DNA of 34,580 nucleotides from Pseudomonadota bacterium (GCA_021847385.1 JAJZTV010000001.1:1-34580), one strand, 5' to 3'. Shown: positions 10,534 to 20,256, counted from the first letter of the stretch. A program made the numbers and translations. The notes: generated by a model not told the origin, from the sequence alone.

Positions 10534-11022
10534 TCAGTTTTCCCCACTCGACAACGGTTTCAATTTGCCGCCCGCCAGAATGGCGTGCAGCACCTTCTCG
10601 GCATCGCCGTGAAACTGCTTGAACACCACCCCGATCTTGAACACCTTGCGCGATAGCGTGGTATGCATCACCTTGCCCTGCAACTGGATCACGAGCGGGG
10701 TCTTGCCGGTCGCTTGCGGTATCTCGAGGTAGATGTGGTATTCCTTCTGCGGTGGAACATGATCTTCGCAAGCGATCGCCGCACCCGAGGCGCAGATATT
10801 GTCGGTGGTGCCTAGATAGCGTACCCCACCGTCGCTGACGCTCACCAAGGCGGCACGCCAGTGTGCGATATAACGCTGTGCGATACGGCGCTCCGGCGCA
10901 GGCGGAACCGGTGCTGCCGCCTGGGTGACGGCTGTGGCGGTCGCCGCTTCCGTTATCGGCGCGCTATCTGCGGCAACGGCCTTGTCTGTTTCCACCCCCG
11001 GCTGAGTCTCTTCTTCCGCCAC
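10534..11022 (-). CDS. PilZ domain protein
   Basis: ERRIAQR (RxxxR), DNICASG (D/NxSxxG-like), GKV and IGVVF. Low-complexity Ala/Thr/Pro N-terminus; GGAGGAGG RBS before GTG. Confidence 0.75.
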   Translation of the reverse strand: MAEEETQPGVETDKAVAADSAPITEAATATAVTQAAAPVPPAPERRIAQRYIAHWRAALVSVSDGGVRYLGTTDNICASGAAIACEDHVPPQKEYHIYLEIPQATGKTPLVIQLQGKVMHTTLSRKVFKIGVVFKQFHGDAEKVLHAILAGGKLKPLSSGEN

Positions 11023-11044
11023 CGCCCCTCCTCCATTCCAAGGC

Positions 11045-11731
11045 TCACCCTGCCTCGATCATGAGCTGTCCGTCTTTTATGTTCAGCACTCTTTGCATGC
11101 GCCCGGCCAAGTCCGGATCGTGCGTCACGATCAAAAAGCTTAGCGCATGTTTCTCGTTCAGGTCGATCAACATTTTTTGAATATGCTCGGCGGTGTGCCG
11201 ATCGAGGTTGCCGGTCGGCTCGTCCATCAACACACAGGCAGGCCGGGTGACCAGGGCACGGGCAATCGCCGCGCGCTGACGTTCGCCGCCGGAGAGCTCA
11301 CCGGGCCGGTGATTCAGGCGATGGCCGAGACCCACCTCGGTCAACCAGCGCTCGGCCTCGGCATAGGCGACCGCCTGGTCCAGACGCCGAATCAGCAAGG
11401 GCATCGCGGCGTTTTCCAGCGCAGTGAATTCCGCCAACAGGTGATGAAACTGGTAGACGAAGCCCAAGGCGCGATTGCGCAAATTGCCGCGCGCCAATTC
11501 GCTCATCGCCCAGATATCCTCGCCCTGAACCGTGACTTGACCGGCATCGGGCCGATCCAGCCCGCCCAGCACATGCAACAGGGTGCTCTTGCCGGAGCCG
11601 GATGCGCCCATCACCGCGACCCGTTCGCCCTCGCCGATCGCCAGCTCGATATCGCTCAGCACCGGCACTTCCAGCTTGCCCTGCCAATAACTCTTCTTGA
11701 GCCTTGTGCAGGCGAGGACAGGGTTATTCAT
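11045..11731 (-). CDS. lolD: Lipoprotein-releasing ABC transporter ATP-binding protein
   Basis: Walker A GASGSGKS, LolD motif [18 protein letters not shown] and [11 protein letters not shown] 11731 overlaps the end of lolC. Confidence 0.95.
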   Translation of the reverse strand: MNNPVLACTRLKKSYWQGKLEVPVLSDIELAIGEGERVAVMGASGSGKSTLLHVLGGLDRPDAGQVTVQGEDIWAMSELARGNLRNRALGFVYQFHHLLAEFTALENAAMPLLIRRLDQAVAYAEAERWLTEVGLGHRLNHRPGELSGGERQRAAIARALVTRPACVLMDEPTGNLDRHTAEHIQKMLIDLNEKHALSFLIVTHDPDLAGRMQRVLNIKDGQLMIEAG

Positions 11732-12974
11732 AGCGTAAGGCCTCCGCCGGCTGCACGTTGGCTGCACGCCAGCTCGGATACAGGGTCGCCAGGAAAGACA
11801 GGCCCAGGGCGACGCCGCCGATCCACATGACGTCGCTCAACACCAGCTTCGACGGCAGCTCGGAGATGTAATAGACATCGGCCGGGAACAGGTCCATGTG
11901 CAGCACCCGTTCGATCACCGGCACCACGGTCTCGACATTGAGCGCGAGCACCACGCCGCCGATCACGCCGAGCAGCGTGCCGATCACGCCGATCAGGCTG
12001 CCCTGCACCATGAAGATCTTCATGATGCTATTGGGGCTGGCGCCCAAAGTACGCAGGATCGCGATGTCGGCCTGCTTATCGGTCACCGCCATGACCAGGG
12101 TGGAGACGATATTGAACGCGGCCACCGCGACGATCAGGGTCAGGATGATGAACATCATGTGCTTCTCGATCTGAACCGCACGGAAGAAATTGGCATGGCT
12201 CATGGTCCAGTCGCTGATGTAATAGTCGCCTTGCAGGGTCCTGGCGAATTCGCGCGTCAACAAGGGAGCGCGGTCCATATCGGCCAGCTTCAGGCGCAGG
12301 CCGGACACCGCGTATCCCATGCGATACAACTTTTGCGCATCTTCGATGTGGATCAGCGCCAAGCCGGCGTCATACTCGAACATGCCCATCTGAAACAAGC
12401 CGACCACGGTGAACTGCTTCATGCGCGGCAGCATGCCGGCCGGCGTGATCACGCCCTGCGGCACCATCAACGTCACCTTGTCGCCGACGAACACGCCGAG
12501 CGAGTGCGCCAGATCCGCACCGAGCACGACGCCGAATTCGCCGGGCTTGAGATCGGCCAGACGGCCGGCCTTCATATGCGCACCGAATTCGGCGACGTGC
12601 GGCTCGTCGGCCGGCGAAATGCCGCGCACGATGCCACCTTTGGTCTCCGAACCGAAAGCCAGCAAGGCTTGACCGGTCACAAACGGCGCATAGCCGCGCA
12701 CCTCCGGATGCCGCCGCACTTGCTCGACCAAAGCCGGCAGATCGTTCAGACGACCATCCGGCCCGGTAATCTCCATGTGCGCCGCCACGCCGAGAATGCG
12801 ATTGCGTAATTCTTCTTGAAAGCCATTCATCACCGACAGCACCACGATCAAGGCGGTTACGCCTAAGGCGATGCCGATCATCGAGGTCATGGAGATGAAG
12901 GAGATGAAATGGTTGCGGCGCTTGGCGCGGGTATAGCGCAGGCCGATCCAGAGTTCATAGGGGCGGATCATCAT
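11724..12974 (-). CDS. lolC: Lipoprotein-releasing ABC transporter permease (LolC/E, single LolF-type subunit)
   Basis: [43 protein letters not shown] and PAEALRYE. Start at 12974 or 12971. Confidence 0.93.
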   Translation of the reverse strand: MMIRPYELWIGLRYTRAKRRNHFISFISMTSMIGIALGVTALIVVLSVMNGFQEELRNRILGVAAHMEITGPDGRLNDLPALVEQVRRHPEVRGYAPFVTGQALLAFGSETKGGIVRGISPADEPHVAEFGAHMKAGRLADLKPGEFGVVLGADLAHSLGVFVGDKVTLMVPQGVITPAGMLPRMKQFTVVGLFQMGMFEYDAGLALIHIEDAQKLYRMGYAVSGLRLKLADMDRAPLLTREFARTLQGDYYISDWTMSHANFFRAVQIEKHMMFIILTLIVAVAAFNIVSTLVMAVTDKQADIAILRTLGASPNSIMKIFMVQGSLIGVIGTLLGVIGGVVLALNVETVVPVIERVLHMDLFPADVYYISELPSKLVLSDVMWIGGVALGLSFLATLYPSWRAANVQPAEALRYE

Positions 12975-13462
12975 TGGCTCCGACCGCCCATACCTCTGGG
13001 CTTGATATCGGCTTCGCCAATGTTAGCCGGCACCGAAGCTTCGCTTTCTCCCAACAAGTGTGCCGCCACGCGGCGCTGCTGCGGGTCGCGCCGGTGTTCG
13101 AACAAGTAGATGCCCTGCCAGGTGCCCAAGGCGAGCTGCCCTGCGATGACCGGAATCGACAACTGGGTCTGGGTCAAGGCGGCCCGAACATGGGCCGGCA
13201 TGTCGTCTGGGCCTTCGAGGGTGTGGCGATAGATCGGGTCGTTCTCCGGCACCAAACGGGAGAGAAACCGTTCCAGATCGCCCTGCACGTCCGGATCATG
13301 GTTTTCCTGAACCAACAGGCTGGCCGAGGTATGTTGCACGAAGAGCGTCAGCAAGCCCTCCGCCATGCCGGATCGGGCAAGCCAATCGCTGACTGAATCG
13401 GTGAAGGCATAAAGCCCCTTGCCGCGCGTGCTGACGTGGAATTGGCGGGTGAGTTGGCGCAT
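12971..13462 (-). CDS. yjbQ: YjbQ family protein (UPF0047, secondary thiamine-phosphate synthase)
   Basis: HTSASLLVQEN, DPDV, EGPDDMPAH and LGTWQGIYLFEHR. Confidence 0.9.
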   Translation of the reverse strand: MRQLTRQFHVSTRGKGLYAFTDSVSDWLARSGMAEGLLTLFVQHTSASLLVQENHDPDVQGDLERFLSRLVPENDPIYRHTLEGPDDMPAHVRAALTQTQLSIPVIAGQLALGTWQGIYLFEHRRDPQQRRVAAHLLGESEASVPANIGEADIKPRGMGGRSQ

Positions 13463-13488
13463 GGCCGCCATTGTAACTGCGCCTAAAC

Positions 13489-13512
13489 AAAAAAGCCGGC
13501 CTAGGGCCGGCT
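13489..13512 (-). terminator. Intrinsic terminator downstream of the DUF2189 gene
   Basis: AGCCGGCC-tag-GGCCGGCT stem followed by a T6 tract on the minus strand. Confidence 0.75.
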
Positions 13513-13531
13513 CTGACAACATGAACCACGG

Positions 13532-14317
13532 CTATTCGGCTTGCACCGTATCCCGATAGGCATACCAACTGGCATGGCCTAAGATCGGAAAGATCACCGC
13601 CAGGCCGACGAACCAAGTCAACACCCCCAGGGCCGTCAGGGCGACGATCAACACAGCCCAAAGCGCCATCGCCGCGAGATTCTCGCGCACCACCACGAGG
13701 CTGGTGACGACGGCGGTCACCACGTCGGCCTTGCGGTCCATCATCATCGGCAGCGACACCACACTGGCGGCGAAGACCAGGCCCGCCAACACGGCACCGA
13801 AACCGACATAGGCGACGACGAATTGCCAATGCTCCGCCGCCCACAAGGTATCGAAGCTGAACGGTCCGCTGCTGACCCAGTCGCCGCGCAGCATCAAGGC
13901 CACCAAGATCGCAGAAAAACGCTCCCATGCGCTCAACACCAGGGCATACATCAAGCCGAACATGCCGATGGACGCGGCATTGTCACGGATGCACGAAAAC
14001 GCCCTGTCCTCCTCGGCAGCGGTCTTCCCTTCCTCGATCTGACACGACATGCCATAAAAGCCGATGGCCAGGAAAGGCGCCACCAGCAAGAAGCCGGAGG
14101 TCAGCGCCATGGCCAGATGGCTCTCTTTCAGGAAATGATTGACCACGGCATTGCCGAACACGGCGAACACCATGCCTAGACTCAGCGAAAGCGACAGATT
14201 GCGCTTGAAATCGCCCCAGCCCAGCCTGAGCCAATGCAATGGCTGTTGCCACGACACACGGTAGACGCAAGGCAATGCGATATGGGGATTGTTCGGACAG
14301 ATCGCGCTACGGCCCAT
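13532..14317 (-). CDS. DUF2189 family integral membrane protein
   Basis: PLHWLRLGWGDF, GFLLVAPFLAIGFY, SVVSLPMMMDR and PILGHASWYAYR. AGGAGAGGAG RBS. Confidence 0.85.
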   Translation of the reverse strand: MGRSAICPNNPHIALPCVYRVSWQQPLHWLRLGWGDFKRNLSLSLSLGMVFAVFGNAVVNHFLKESHLAMALTSGFLLVAPFLAIGFYGMSCQIEEGKTAAEEDRAFSCIRDNAASIGMFGLMYALVLSAWERFSAILVALMLRGDWVSSGPFSFDTLWAAEHWQFVVAYVGFGAVLAGLVFAASVVSLPMMMDRKADVVTAVVTSLVVVRENLAAMALWAVLIVALTALGVLTWFVGLAVIFPILGHASWYAYRDTVQAE

Positions 14318-14571
14318 GGCTCCTCTCCTTATGAAAAAGTCTTTCGTTATTTGCCAACTATTTCAGTCCCGCGATCACAGATTAATGCGTGTTTTTGCCT
14401 AAATGCAATGCCTCTTTGCCCGTATTTCCATACCAAGGATATCGCCATCCGCCACCTAGCCTGCGTCTATGGCCGACGCAATGTCGACTACACTTCTCAA
14501 GTAATGCGGTGAACCTTGGCTGGACCGACGGTCTCAATAGCAAGTGATAGCTACAATCCAGTGAGGCGAAG

Positions 14572-15648
14572 ATGGCGACATATGGCGAATTCAAGCGTTT
14601 GGGCCAAAGCCTGTGGCTCGACAACCTATCGCGTACCTTGCTCAAGGAAGGCGGATTGGCCCGGTATGTCCGAACCGGCGTCAGCGGGGTCACCTCCAAC
14701 CCGACCATCTTCCACAAAGCGGTGGCCGAGAGCCCCTACTACCGGGAGGAACTCGGCCGCCTGCGGCTGGTGGAACCGAATTTGGAACGGCGCTACGAGG
14801 CGCTGGTAATCGAAGATATCCGCACGGCCTGCGACTTGCTCAAGCCCGTGCACGACGCCAGCGCCGGCGACGACGGCTATGTCAGCCTGGAAGTCGCGCC
14901 CCGACTGGCCCACGATGCCCCGGCCACCGTGGCCGAGGCCAAACGCCTAAGCCGACTGGTCGCGCGCGACAACCTGCTGATCAAGATTCCCGCCACGTCG
15001 GCCGGCGTGGCCGCTTTCGAGCAACTCATCGCCGAGGGCTACCGGATCAACGTCACGCTGCTGTTCTCGACCAGCCAGACCGAGCGTGTGTTCGAGGCCT
15101 ATCTGCGCGGCGCGCAGTCCTGGCTAGCCCGCGGCGGCGACCCCAGGCGGCCGAAGGCCGTCGCCAGCCTGTTCCTGTCTCGGGTCGATACCTTGGCCGA
15201 CCAGCACCTGGATCGGATCGGCAGCCCCGACGCCCTCGCCCTCCGCGGCAAGACCGCCGTGGCGATGGCCAAGCTCGCTTATGGCCGCTACAAAGCGCTG
15301 TTCCACGCACCGGCCTTCGCCACACTCCGACAGGCAGGGCTGCGACCGCAGTACCTGTTGTGGGCCAGCACCGGCACCAAGAACCCGGCCTACAGCGATC
15401 TGCTCTATGTCGAACCGCTGGTCGGCCCCGAAACCATCAACACCCTGCCGGATAAGACCCTCGCCGCCCTCACCGATCACGGCCAAGCCGAGGCCACACT
15501 GGAGCAAGGGTTGGCCGCAGCCGAGGCACACATGCAAGAACTGCTGGCGCTCGGCATCGACCCGCAACAACTCGGCGAAGCGTTGCAAACCGAGGGCCTG
15601 CGTCTATTCAGCGACTCGTTCGAGCAGATGGTCGAATTGATGCGCTAG
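14572..15648 (+). CDS. tal: Transaldolase (long, mycobacterial/cyanobacterial-like type)
   Basis: GQSLWLDNLSR, GVTSNPTIF, VSLEVAP, IKIPAT, INVTLLFS and LWASTGTKNP. Confidence 0.95.
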   Translation: MATYGEFKRLGQSLWLDNLSRTLLKEGGLARYVRTGVSGVTSNPTIFHKAVAESPYYREELGRLRLVEPNLERRYEALVIEDIRTACDLLKPVHDASAGDDGYVSLEVAPRLAHDAPATVAEAKRLSRLVARDNLLIKIPATSAGVAAFEQLIAEGYRINVTLLFSTSQTERVFEAYLRGAQSWLARGGDPRRPKAVASLFLSRVDTLADQHLDRIGSPDALALRGKTAVAMAKLAYGRYKALFHAPAFATLRQAGLRPQYLLWASTGTKNPAYSDLLYVEPLVGPETINTLPDKTLAALTDHGQAEATLEQGLAAAEAHMQELLALGIDPQQLGEALQTEGLRLFSDSFEQMVELMR

Positions 15649-15673
15649 CGGCAGATCAGGCTAAACTCGGGCG

Positions 15674-16642
15674 ATGCTGCAATTGATCGTCCCCGACCTG
15701 GGCACCGCCGACCTCACGCCTGCCCTGCGCGCCCTGCTTGCGCGCAGCCACCGGCTCGACCAACCTGCCGCCGGCGGCCTGACCGAAGCGCTTTGCCAAG
15801 CCCTCGGTCTCGCCCCACCCTACCCGATCGCGGCGTTATGCCATGCCTATGACAGCGGCCAAGCCGGCAACACCGGTTATTGGCTACGCGCCGACCCGGT
15901 CTATCTGCATCTCAACATCGATAAGCTGATCCTTGGCGACCCGCGGCATTTAGCGTTGAGCATGGACGAGGCCTTGCAACTGACGGCCAGTCTGAATGCG
16001 CACTTTCAACCGGACGGCCTGCACTTCCAGGCCTTGGCAGCGGATCGTTGGTATCTGCGGCTGGTGCGACCGGTTGCGATGTCGACCACCTTGCTCGAGG
16101 CGGCCATCGGCCGCAGCATCGAGACCACCTTGCCCCAAGGCGAAAAGGCCGCATTGTGGCGGCGATACCTGAACGAGGCGCAGATGGTATTGCACGATCA
16201 CCCGGTCAATCAGGCGCGCGAGGCGCGCGGCATCATGCCGGTCAATAGCATTTGGTTCTGGGGCGAAGGCGTCGCGGCCGATGTGCCCACGCCTGAAATC
16301 TCTGCGCTGTTTGCCGATGCCCCCATCGCCGCCGCCCTGGCCCGAGGCATGGGTATCCGCCACGAGAAAACCCCGCACGGCCTGGTTGAACTGGAACGCG
16401 CCGTATCGATTGCGGCCGACCACATTGTGGTGGTGCTGGGCGCGCCGAGGCCGCCTGCAAGCGGGGGCGATTTATCGGCTAGCAAAACTTTGCCGCAGCA
16501 TTACGAAAATCGGTGGTTCGCACCCTTGCTCAAGGCATTGCAGTACGGGCGCATGGCGAAGCTGGTCTTGACGGGCATCGGCACGCCATCGTTCAACGCG
16601 GTCATCACGCGCGGGGATGCGTGGAAACTCTGGCGGCGCTAG
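15674..16642 (+). CDS. RpfE-like / phosphoglycerate-mutase-related conserved protein
   Basis: WLRADPVYL and LNEAQMVLHDHPVNQAREARG..PVNSIWFWG motifs, with a C-terminal WKLWRR. Confidence 0.75.
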   Translation: MLQLIVPDLGTADLTPALRALLARSHRLDQPAAGGLTEALCQALGLAPPYPIAALCHAYDSGQAGNTGYWLRADPVYLHLNIDKLILGDPRHLALSMDEALQLTASLNAHFQPDGLHFQALAADRWYLRLVRPVAMSTTLLEAAIGRSIETTLPQGEKAALWRRYLNEAQMVLHDHPVNQAREARGIMPVNSIWFWGEGVAADVPTPEISALFADAPIAAALARGMGIRHEKTPHGLVELERAVSIAADHIVVVLGAPRPPASGGDLSASKTLPQHYENRWFAPLLKALQYGRMAKLVLTGIGTPSFNAVITRGDAWKLWRR

Positions 16643-16667
16643 CCGAGCGCTTCTTGTCGCGAATGGG

Positions 16668-17330
16668 CTAGTGTTTGCCGCGTCCGGGCAACTGGCTGAG
16701 TACCCAACGCGCCAACAAATCGGCGCCCGGACGAACGCGCGCCACCATATCGATCAAGGCCGACATGCCGTGATGCTTATAGCCCTCGCTGATCACGTCG
16801 TCGTGTTCGCACAAATGCAGGATTTCCATATCGCCGAAGGCCTCGCGCAACATCGGCTCGGTATACATATTGTCGGCGCTGCTCGGGCCGCCGGTGCCGA
16901 ATTTGATTTGGCGCCGGGTATAGCCCTGCAGGATCAAAATACCGCCGGGCTTCAAGGCGCGCTTCATGTTGCGGAACAGCGCCGGCCGTTCCTCCGAGCC
17001 GACGAACTGCACGAAGATCGCGGCGATCACGTCATAGCGCGCTCGCTCCCAGCGCCAATTGAGCAAGTCGGCCTGTTCGAACTGGATATCGACACCGCGC
17101 GATCGCGCCAAGTGTTCGGCCTTGGCCTGGGCCACCGGAGAAAAATCCACCGCATGCACCGTCAAGCCCTGCTCGGCCAGCCACACTCCGTTGCGGCCTT
17201 CGCCGTCGGCCATGGCCAATACCTCTTGCCCAGGACGAAGCCTGTCCTGCTGCGCGCGCAGAAATGCATTCGGCTCGGTGCCATATACATAGGCCTCGTC
17301 GGCATAGAGGCTGTCCCAGAATTCGCGCAA
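16668..17330 (-). CDS. Class I SAM-dependent methyltransferase (TehB-like)
   Basis: YVYGTEPN, ADGEGRN, VDFS, LKPGG and GTGGP. TTG start with GAGG RBS. Confidence 0.87.
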   Translation of the reverse strand: MREFWDSLYADEAYVYGTEPNAFLRAQQDRLRPGQEVLAMADGEGRNGVWLAEQGLTVHAVDFSPVAQAKAEHLARSRGVDIQFEQADLLNWRWERARYDVIAAIFVQFVGSEERPALFRNMKRALKPGGILILQGYTRRQIKFGTGGPSSADNMYTEPMLREAFGDMEILHLCEHDDVISEGYKHHGMSALIDMVARVRPGADLLARWVLSQLPGRGKH

Positions 17331-17356
17331 GCTCGACCTCTCGATTGTCTAAAAGC

Positions 17357-17386
17357 AAATGCGCCCCATCGACGTGGGGCACATTT
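17357..17386 (-). terminator. Stem-loop, probable terminator after the EAL-CBS-GGDEF gene
   Basis: Minus strand AAATGTGCCCCA-cgtcga-TGGGGCGCATTT (one G-U pair) followed by GCTTTT. Confidence 0.55.
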
Positions 17387-17435
17387 ATATGGGCTTGCAG
17401 TGTAGGGGAAAAATTGCCGCGACCGCTAGCAATGC

Positions 17436-19277
17436 TTAGGCCGCTTCATCCCAGTCGTCATCCCCGCTGTCGCCCATTTCGACGATAGGCACGTGGGTGG
17501 CCTTCTGCTGGTTGAAGCCGCGGCGCTCGACAAACAGACTGCTGCCATCGGCCTTCTTGGCCATCTTCTTCGCTTCGGCCGCCACCCGCTCGACGTCGTG
17601 GCGCTGACAGGCCTCGGCTTGACTGATAGGCACCGCGCCGATGGACAGGCTGACCAGCGGATGAAAGACCATCTTGCCGCGCCGGTCTTCACTGAAATAA
17701 CCGCCCTCGGCAACATGCTCGAATTGGAACAAGGCCATACGCTCGGTATCGAATCGCGCCAGAACCCGCTGGCACCGCTCTTGCCAGTCCGCGCTTTGGA
17801 ACAAAATGACGAAATCGTCGCCGCCGACGTGGCCCAGGAAATCCAAGCCCGGGTCGCATTCCTGCGACAGGATACGGCCCAGCAATTGAATGACGGCATC
17901 GCCCTTGCGATAGCCGTACACATCGTTGAACGGCTTGAAGTGGTCCAAATCGAAATAGGCGGCGACGAAATCGACATTCGCGGCCAACAACCGATCGGTA
18001 TGCTCGTGGATCGGCACATTGCCCGGCAGCATGGTCAGCGGATTGGCATAGCGCGCCGCCACGACCTGCATCTCGGTGATCGCGCGCATCAAATCGTAAC
18101 CGGAGCCCATGCCGCGGTATTTACCGTTCTCGGTGATGATGAAACCATCGGTGAAGGTCTGCTTGCCTTTGCGCACCACCAGTTCCGACAGATCGGAAAT
18201 GAGGGTACCGATGTCCACGACCAAGGGTTCCCTATCCATAAAGACGGAACAGGGCTTCTTGCCATAAAGCTCGCGGGTATAGATGCGAGTGAACCGGTCG
18301 AGCAGCAAGGGCCGGGTCAACATGCCGACCGGCACGCCATCCTTCACGACCGCCAGGGCATGCAGCCCTTCATGCTTCAGCAACAGTTCCAGCACTTGCT
18401 CGCTGGCCGCATCCGGCACCACGCACGGGGCATCGATCAACAATTTCCTGGCGCAGGGCTGGCTGGCCTTGGTCGAGCCGGAACTCGGAAACACGCTGAT
18501 CGACGCCATGGAAAAACACTGCATGGCCTCGGGCGATGGCAAATGCGAAGGCGCAGCGGTCGGCCGGCCGATCAAATAGCCTTGTCCGAATGCGATACCG
18601 AGATCCTTGACGACGGCCAACTCGGAGGCCGTCTCCACGCCTTCGGCAACGATCAGCGTGCCGGCATTGTCGGCAATCGCCTGCAAGGAACGGACAAATT
18701 GCAGCTTGACCGGATCCTGGTTCAGACCGGTGATGAAATGCCGGTCGATCTTCACGTAATTCGGCTTGAGTTCCGACCATAGGCGCAGGCTGGAAAAGCC
18801 CTCGCCCAAATCGTCCATCGCGATGCCGATGCCTACTTTGTGCAAGGCCTGAACGGCCTCCGCCAGACGTGCGAAATCCTGGGTCGGATCGCTCTCGGTC
18901 AATTCCAGCACCAGGCGTTGCGGCGGCAGCCCCACTGTGCGTAGCATGGCCAGCAACTTGTCGGGCTGGAAGAACGGGTCGAACAATCGCAGTGGCCGCA
19001 AATTGGCGAACAGCTTCCCATTTAGCTGACGTTGCGAGAACGTGCGCAGCGCGACTTCGAAACACAAGCGCTCGATTTCGGAAGACAGGCCGGCATGGTC
19101 AGCCGATTTGAGCAAGGCGTCCGGCGCATGCAGGGGGCTATCGGAAGGCCCGCGCGACAAGGCCTCATAACCATACACGCTGGCATCGCGCAGATTCATG
19201 ATCGGCTGGAACAAGGAGCCAACCCTGCCGTGTTCCAAGACCTCATTTAGTGCGGCATTCGGGTAATGATGATCCAC
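17436..19277 (-). CDS. c-di-GMP enzyme with EAL-CBS-GGDEF architecture
   Basis: FQPI, YEALSRG, ELTE, DDLGEGFSSL, KIDR, AEGVE and QGYL, then a CBS-like pair, then ANPLTMLPGN, DLDHFKPFND and HVGGDDF. Start uncertain (GTG 19277 chosen). Confidence 0.88.
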   Translation of the reverse strand: MDHHYPNAALNEVLEHGRVGSLFQPIMNLRDASVYGYEALSRGPSDSPLHAPDALLKSADHAGLSSEIERLCFEVALRTFSQRQLNGKLFANLRPLRLFDPFFQPDKLLAMLRTVGLPPQRLVLELTESDPTQDFARLAEAVQALHKVGIGIAMDDLGEGFSSLRLWSELKPNYVKIDRHFITGLNQDPVKLQFVRSLQAIADNAGTLIVAEGVETASELAVVKDLGIAFGQGYLIGRPTAAPSHLPSPEAMQCFSMASISVFPSSGSTKASQPCARKLLIDAPCVVPDAASEQVLELLLKHEGLHALAVVKDGVPVGMLTRPLLLDRFTRIYTRELYGKKPCSVFMDREPLVVDIGTLISDLSELVVRKGKQTFTDGFIITENGKYRGMGSGYDLMRAITEMQVVAARYANPLTMLPGNVPIHEHTDRLLAANVDFVAAYFDLDHFKPFNDVYGYRKGDAVIQLLGRILSQECDPGLDFLGHVGGDDFVILFQSADWQERCQRVLARFDTERMALFQFEHVAEGGYFSEDRRGKMVFHPLVSLSIGAVPISQAEACQRHDVERVAAEAKKMAKKADGSSLFVERRGFNQQKATHVPIVEMGDSGDDDWDEAA

Positions 19278-19323
19278 GCCCCAACCCCATGATCGTTTAG
19301 GTCGGGCTAGGCTAACGGCCGCA

Positions 19324-19343
19324 CTTGTCAAATTTATGACAAG
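19324..19343. promoter_or_regulatory. Palindromic operator candidate TGTCA-N6-TGACA
   Basis: CTTGTCA-aattta-TGACAAG in the AT-rich region between divergent genes. Confidence 0.55.
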
Positions 19344-19417
19344 GTGACCCAAATTGCCTTCTCACCTATACTATTTTCGATTTTTTCCGCCCTGGTGGCA
19401 CTTTTGGAGCCTCTAAC

Positions 19418-20188
19418 ATGACACGTTCTCGGAGCCCCCTGGCCGCCATAATGGCCGCCTTTCTGCTATCCCTCTCCTTCGCCGGCCATGCCCTGGCCGA
19501 GGGCGGCAATTGGTTCGAAGACAAAATGAGCTGCATCGTGACCGGTGGCATCGCCGGTGCCGCCGTCGGCGCCATGGCAGACGGCATTACCGTCGGCGGC
19601 GGCACGGTCGGTGGCGCGATCATTGGCGCGCTGCTCTGCCAACCGGCCGATGCGGATGGCGACGGCGTACCCGATTACCGCGACAAGTGCCCCAACACGC
19701 CCAAAGGCGCCAAGGTCGATGAAAACGGCTGTGAAATCCAAACGGCCACTGGCGACAGCGACGGCGATGGCGTGGCCGACAGCCAGGACAAGTGCCCGGA
19801 CACCCCGAAAGGCACCAAGGTCGATCAGAACGGCTGCCCGCTGGTCGACAAGATCGTGCTCCAGGGCGTTCATTTCGCCTTCAATTCGGCCGAGATCTCG
19901 GCCGAGTCTGCCAAGGCGCTCGACGAGGTCGCGCTGATCTTCAAACGCTACCCCGATATGGTGGCAGAAGTGGGTGGCCATACCTGCGACCTCGGCTCCA
20001 AGACCTACAACCAGAAGCTGTCCGAACGCCGGGCCCAAGCCGTGCGCAGCTACCTGGTCAAGCATGGGGTCGCTGCCAAGCAATTGACCGCCAAAGGCTA
20101 CGGCCAGCTACAGCCGGTCGCGAGCAATGCGACCCGTGAAGGCCGGGAAATGAACCGCCGCACGGAGATGCGCATCATCAAGAAATAA
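19418..20188 (+). CDS. OmpA-family peptidoglycan-binding protein with glycine zipper and two thrombospondin type-3 (Ca-binding) repeats
   Basis: Signal peptide (ALA-EG), Gly zipper, two DxDGDGVxDxxDKCPxTP repeats, then FAFNS, GHT, YNQKLSERRA and NRRTE. Confidence 0.9.
   Translation: MTRSRSPLAAIMAAFLLSLSFAGHALAEGGNWFEDKMSCIVTGGIAGAAVGAMADGITVGGGTVGGAIIGALLCQPADADGDGVPDYRDKCPNTPKGAKVDENGCEIQTATGDSDGDGVADSQDKCPDTPKGTKVDQNGCPLVDKIVLQGVHFAFNSAEISAESAKALDEVALIFKRYPDMVAEVGGHTCDLGSKTYNQKLSERRAQAVRSYLVKHGVAAKQLTAKGYGQLQPVASNATREGREMNRRTEMRIIKK
19649..19837 (+). repeat. Two diverged 84-bp coding repeats (TSP3-like)
   Basis: 19649-19732 encodes DADGDGVPDYRDKCPNTPKGAKVDENGC; 19754-19837 encodes DSDGDGVADSQDKCPDTPKGTKVDQNGC. 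Confidence 0.85.
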
Positions 20189-20208
20189 ACCAACCTCGGC
20201 TAAGCTGC

Positions 20209-20238
20209 AAAGGGCGGGCCGAATGGCCCGCCCTTTTT
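20209..20238 (+). terminator. Intrinsic terminator after the OmpA gene
   Basis: AAAGGGCGGGCC-gaat-GGCCCGCCCTTTTT. Confidence 0.88.
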
Positions 20239-20256
20239 GCTCACCGGCCTACCGTT

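Noticed and set aside
14572-15648. Tal-Pgi fusion remnant
   Set aside because: tal ends with a normal stop and pgi is a complete stand-alone gene 8 kb away.
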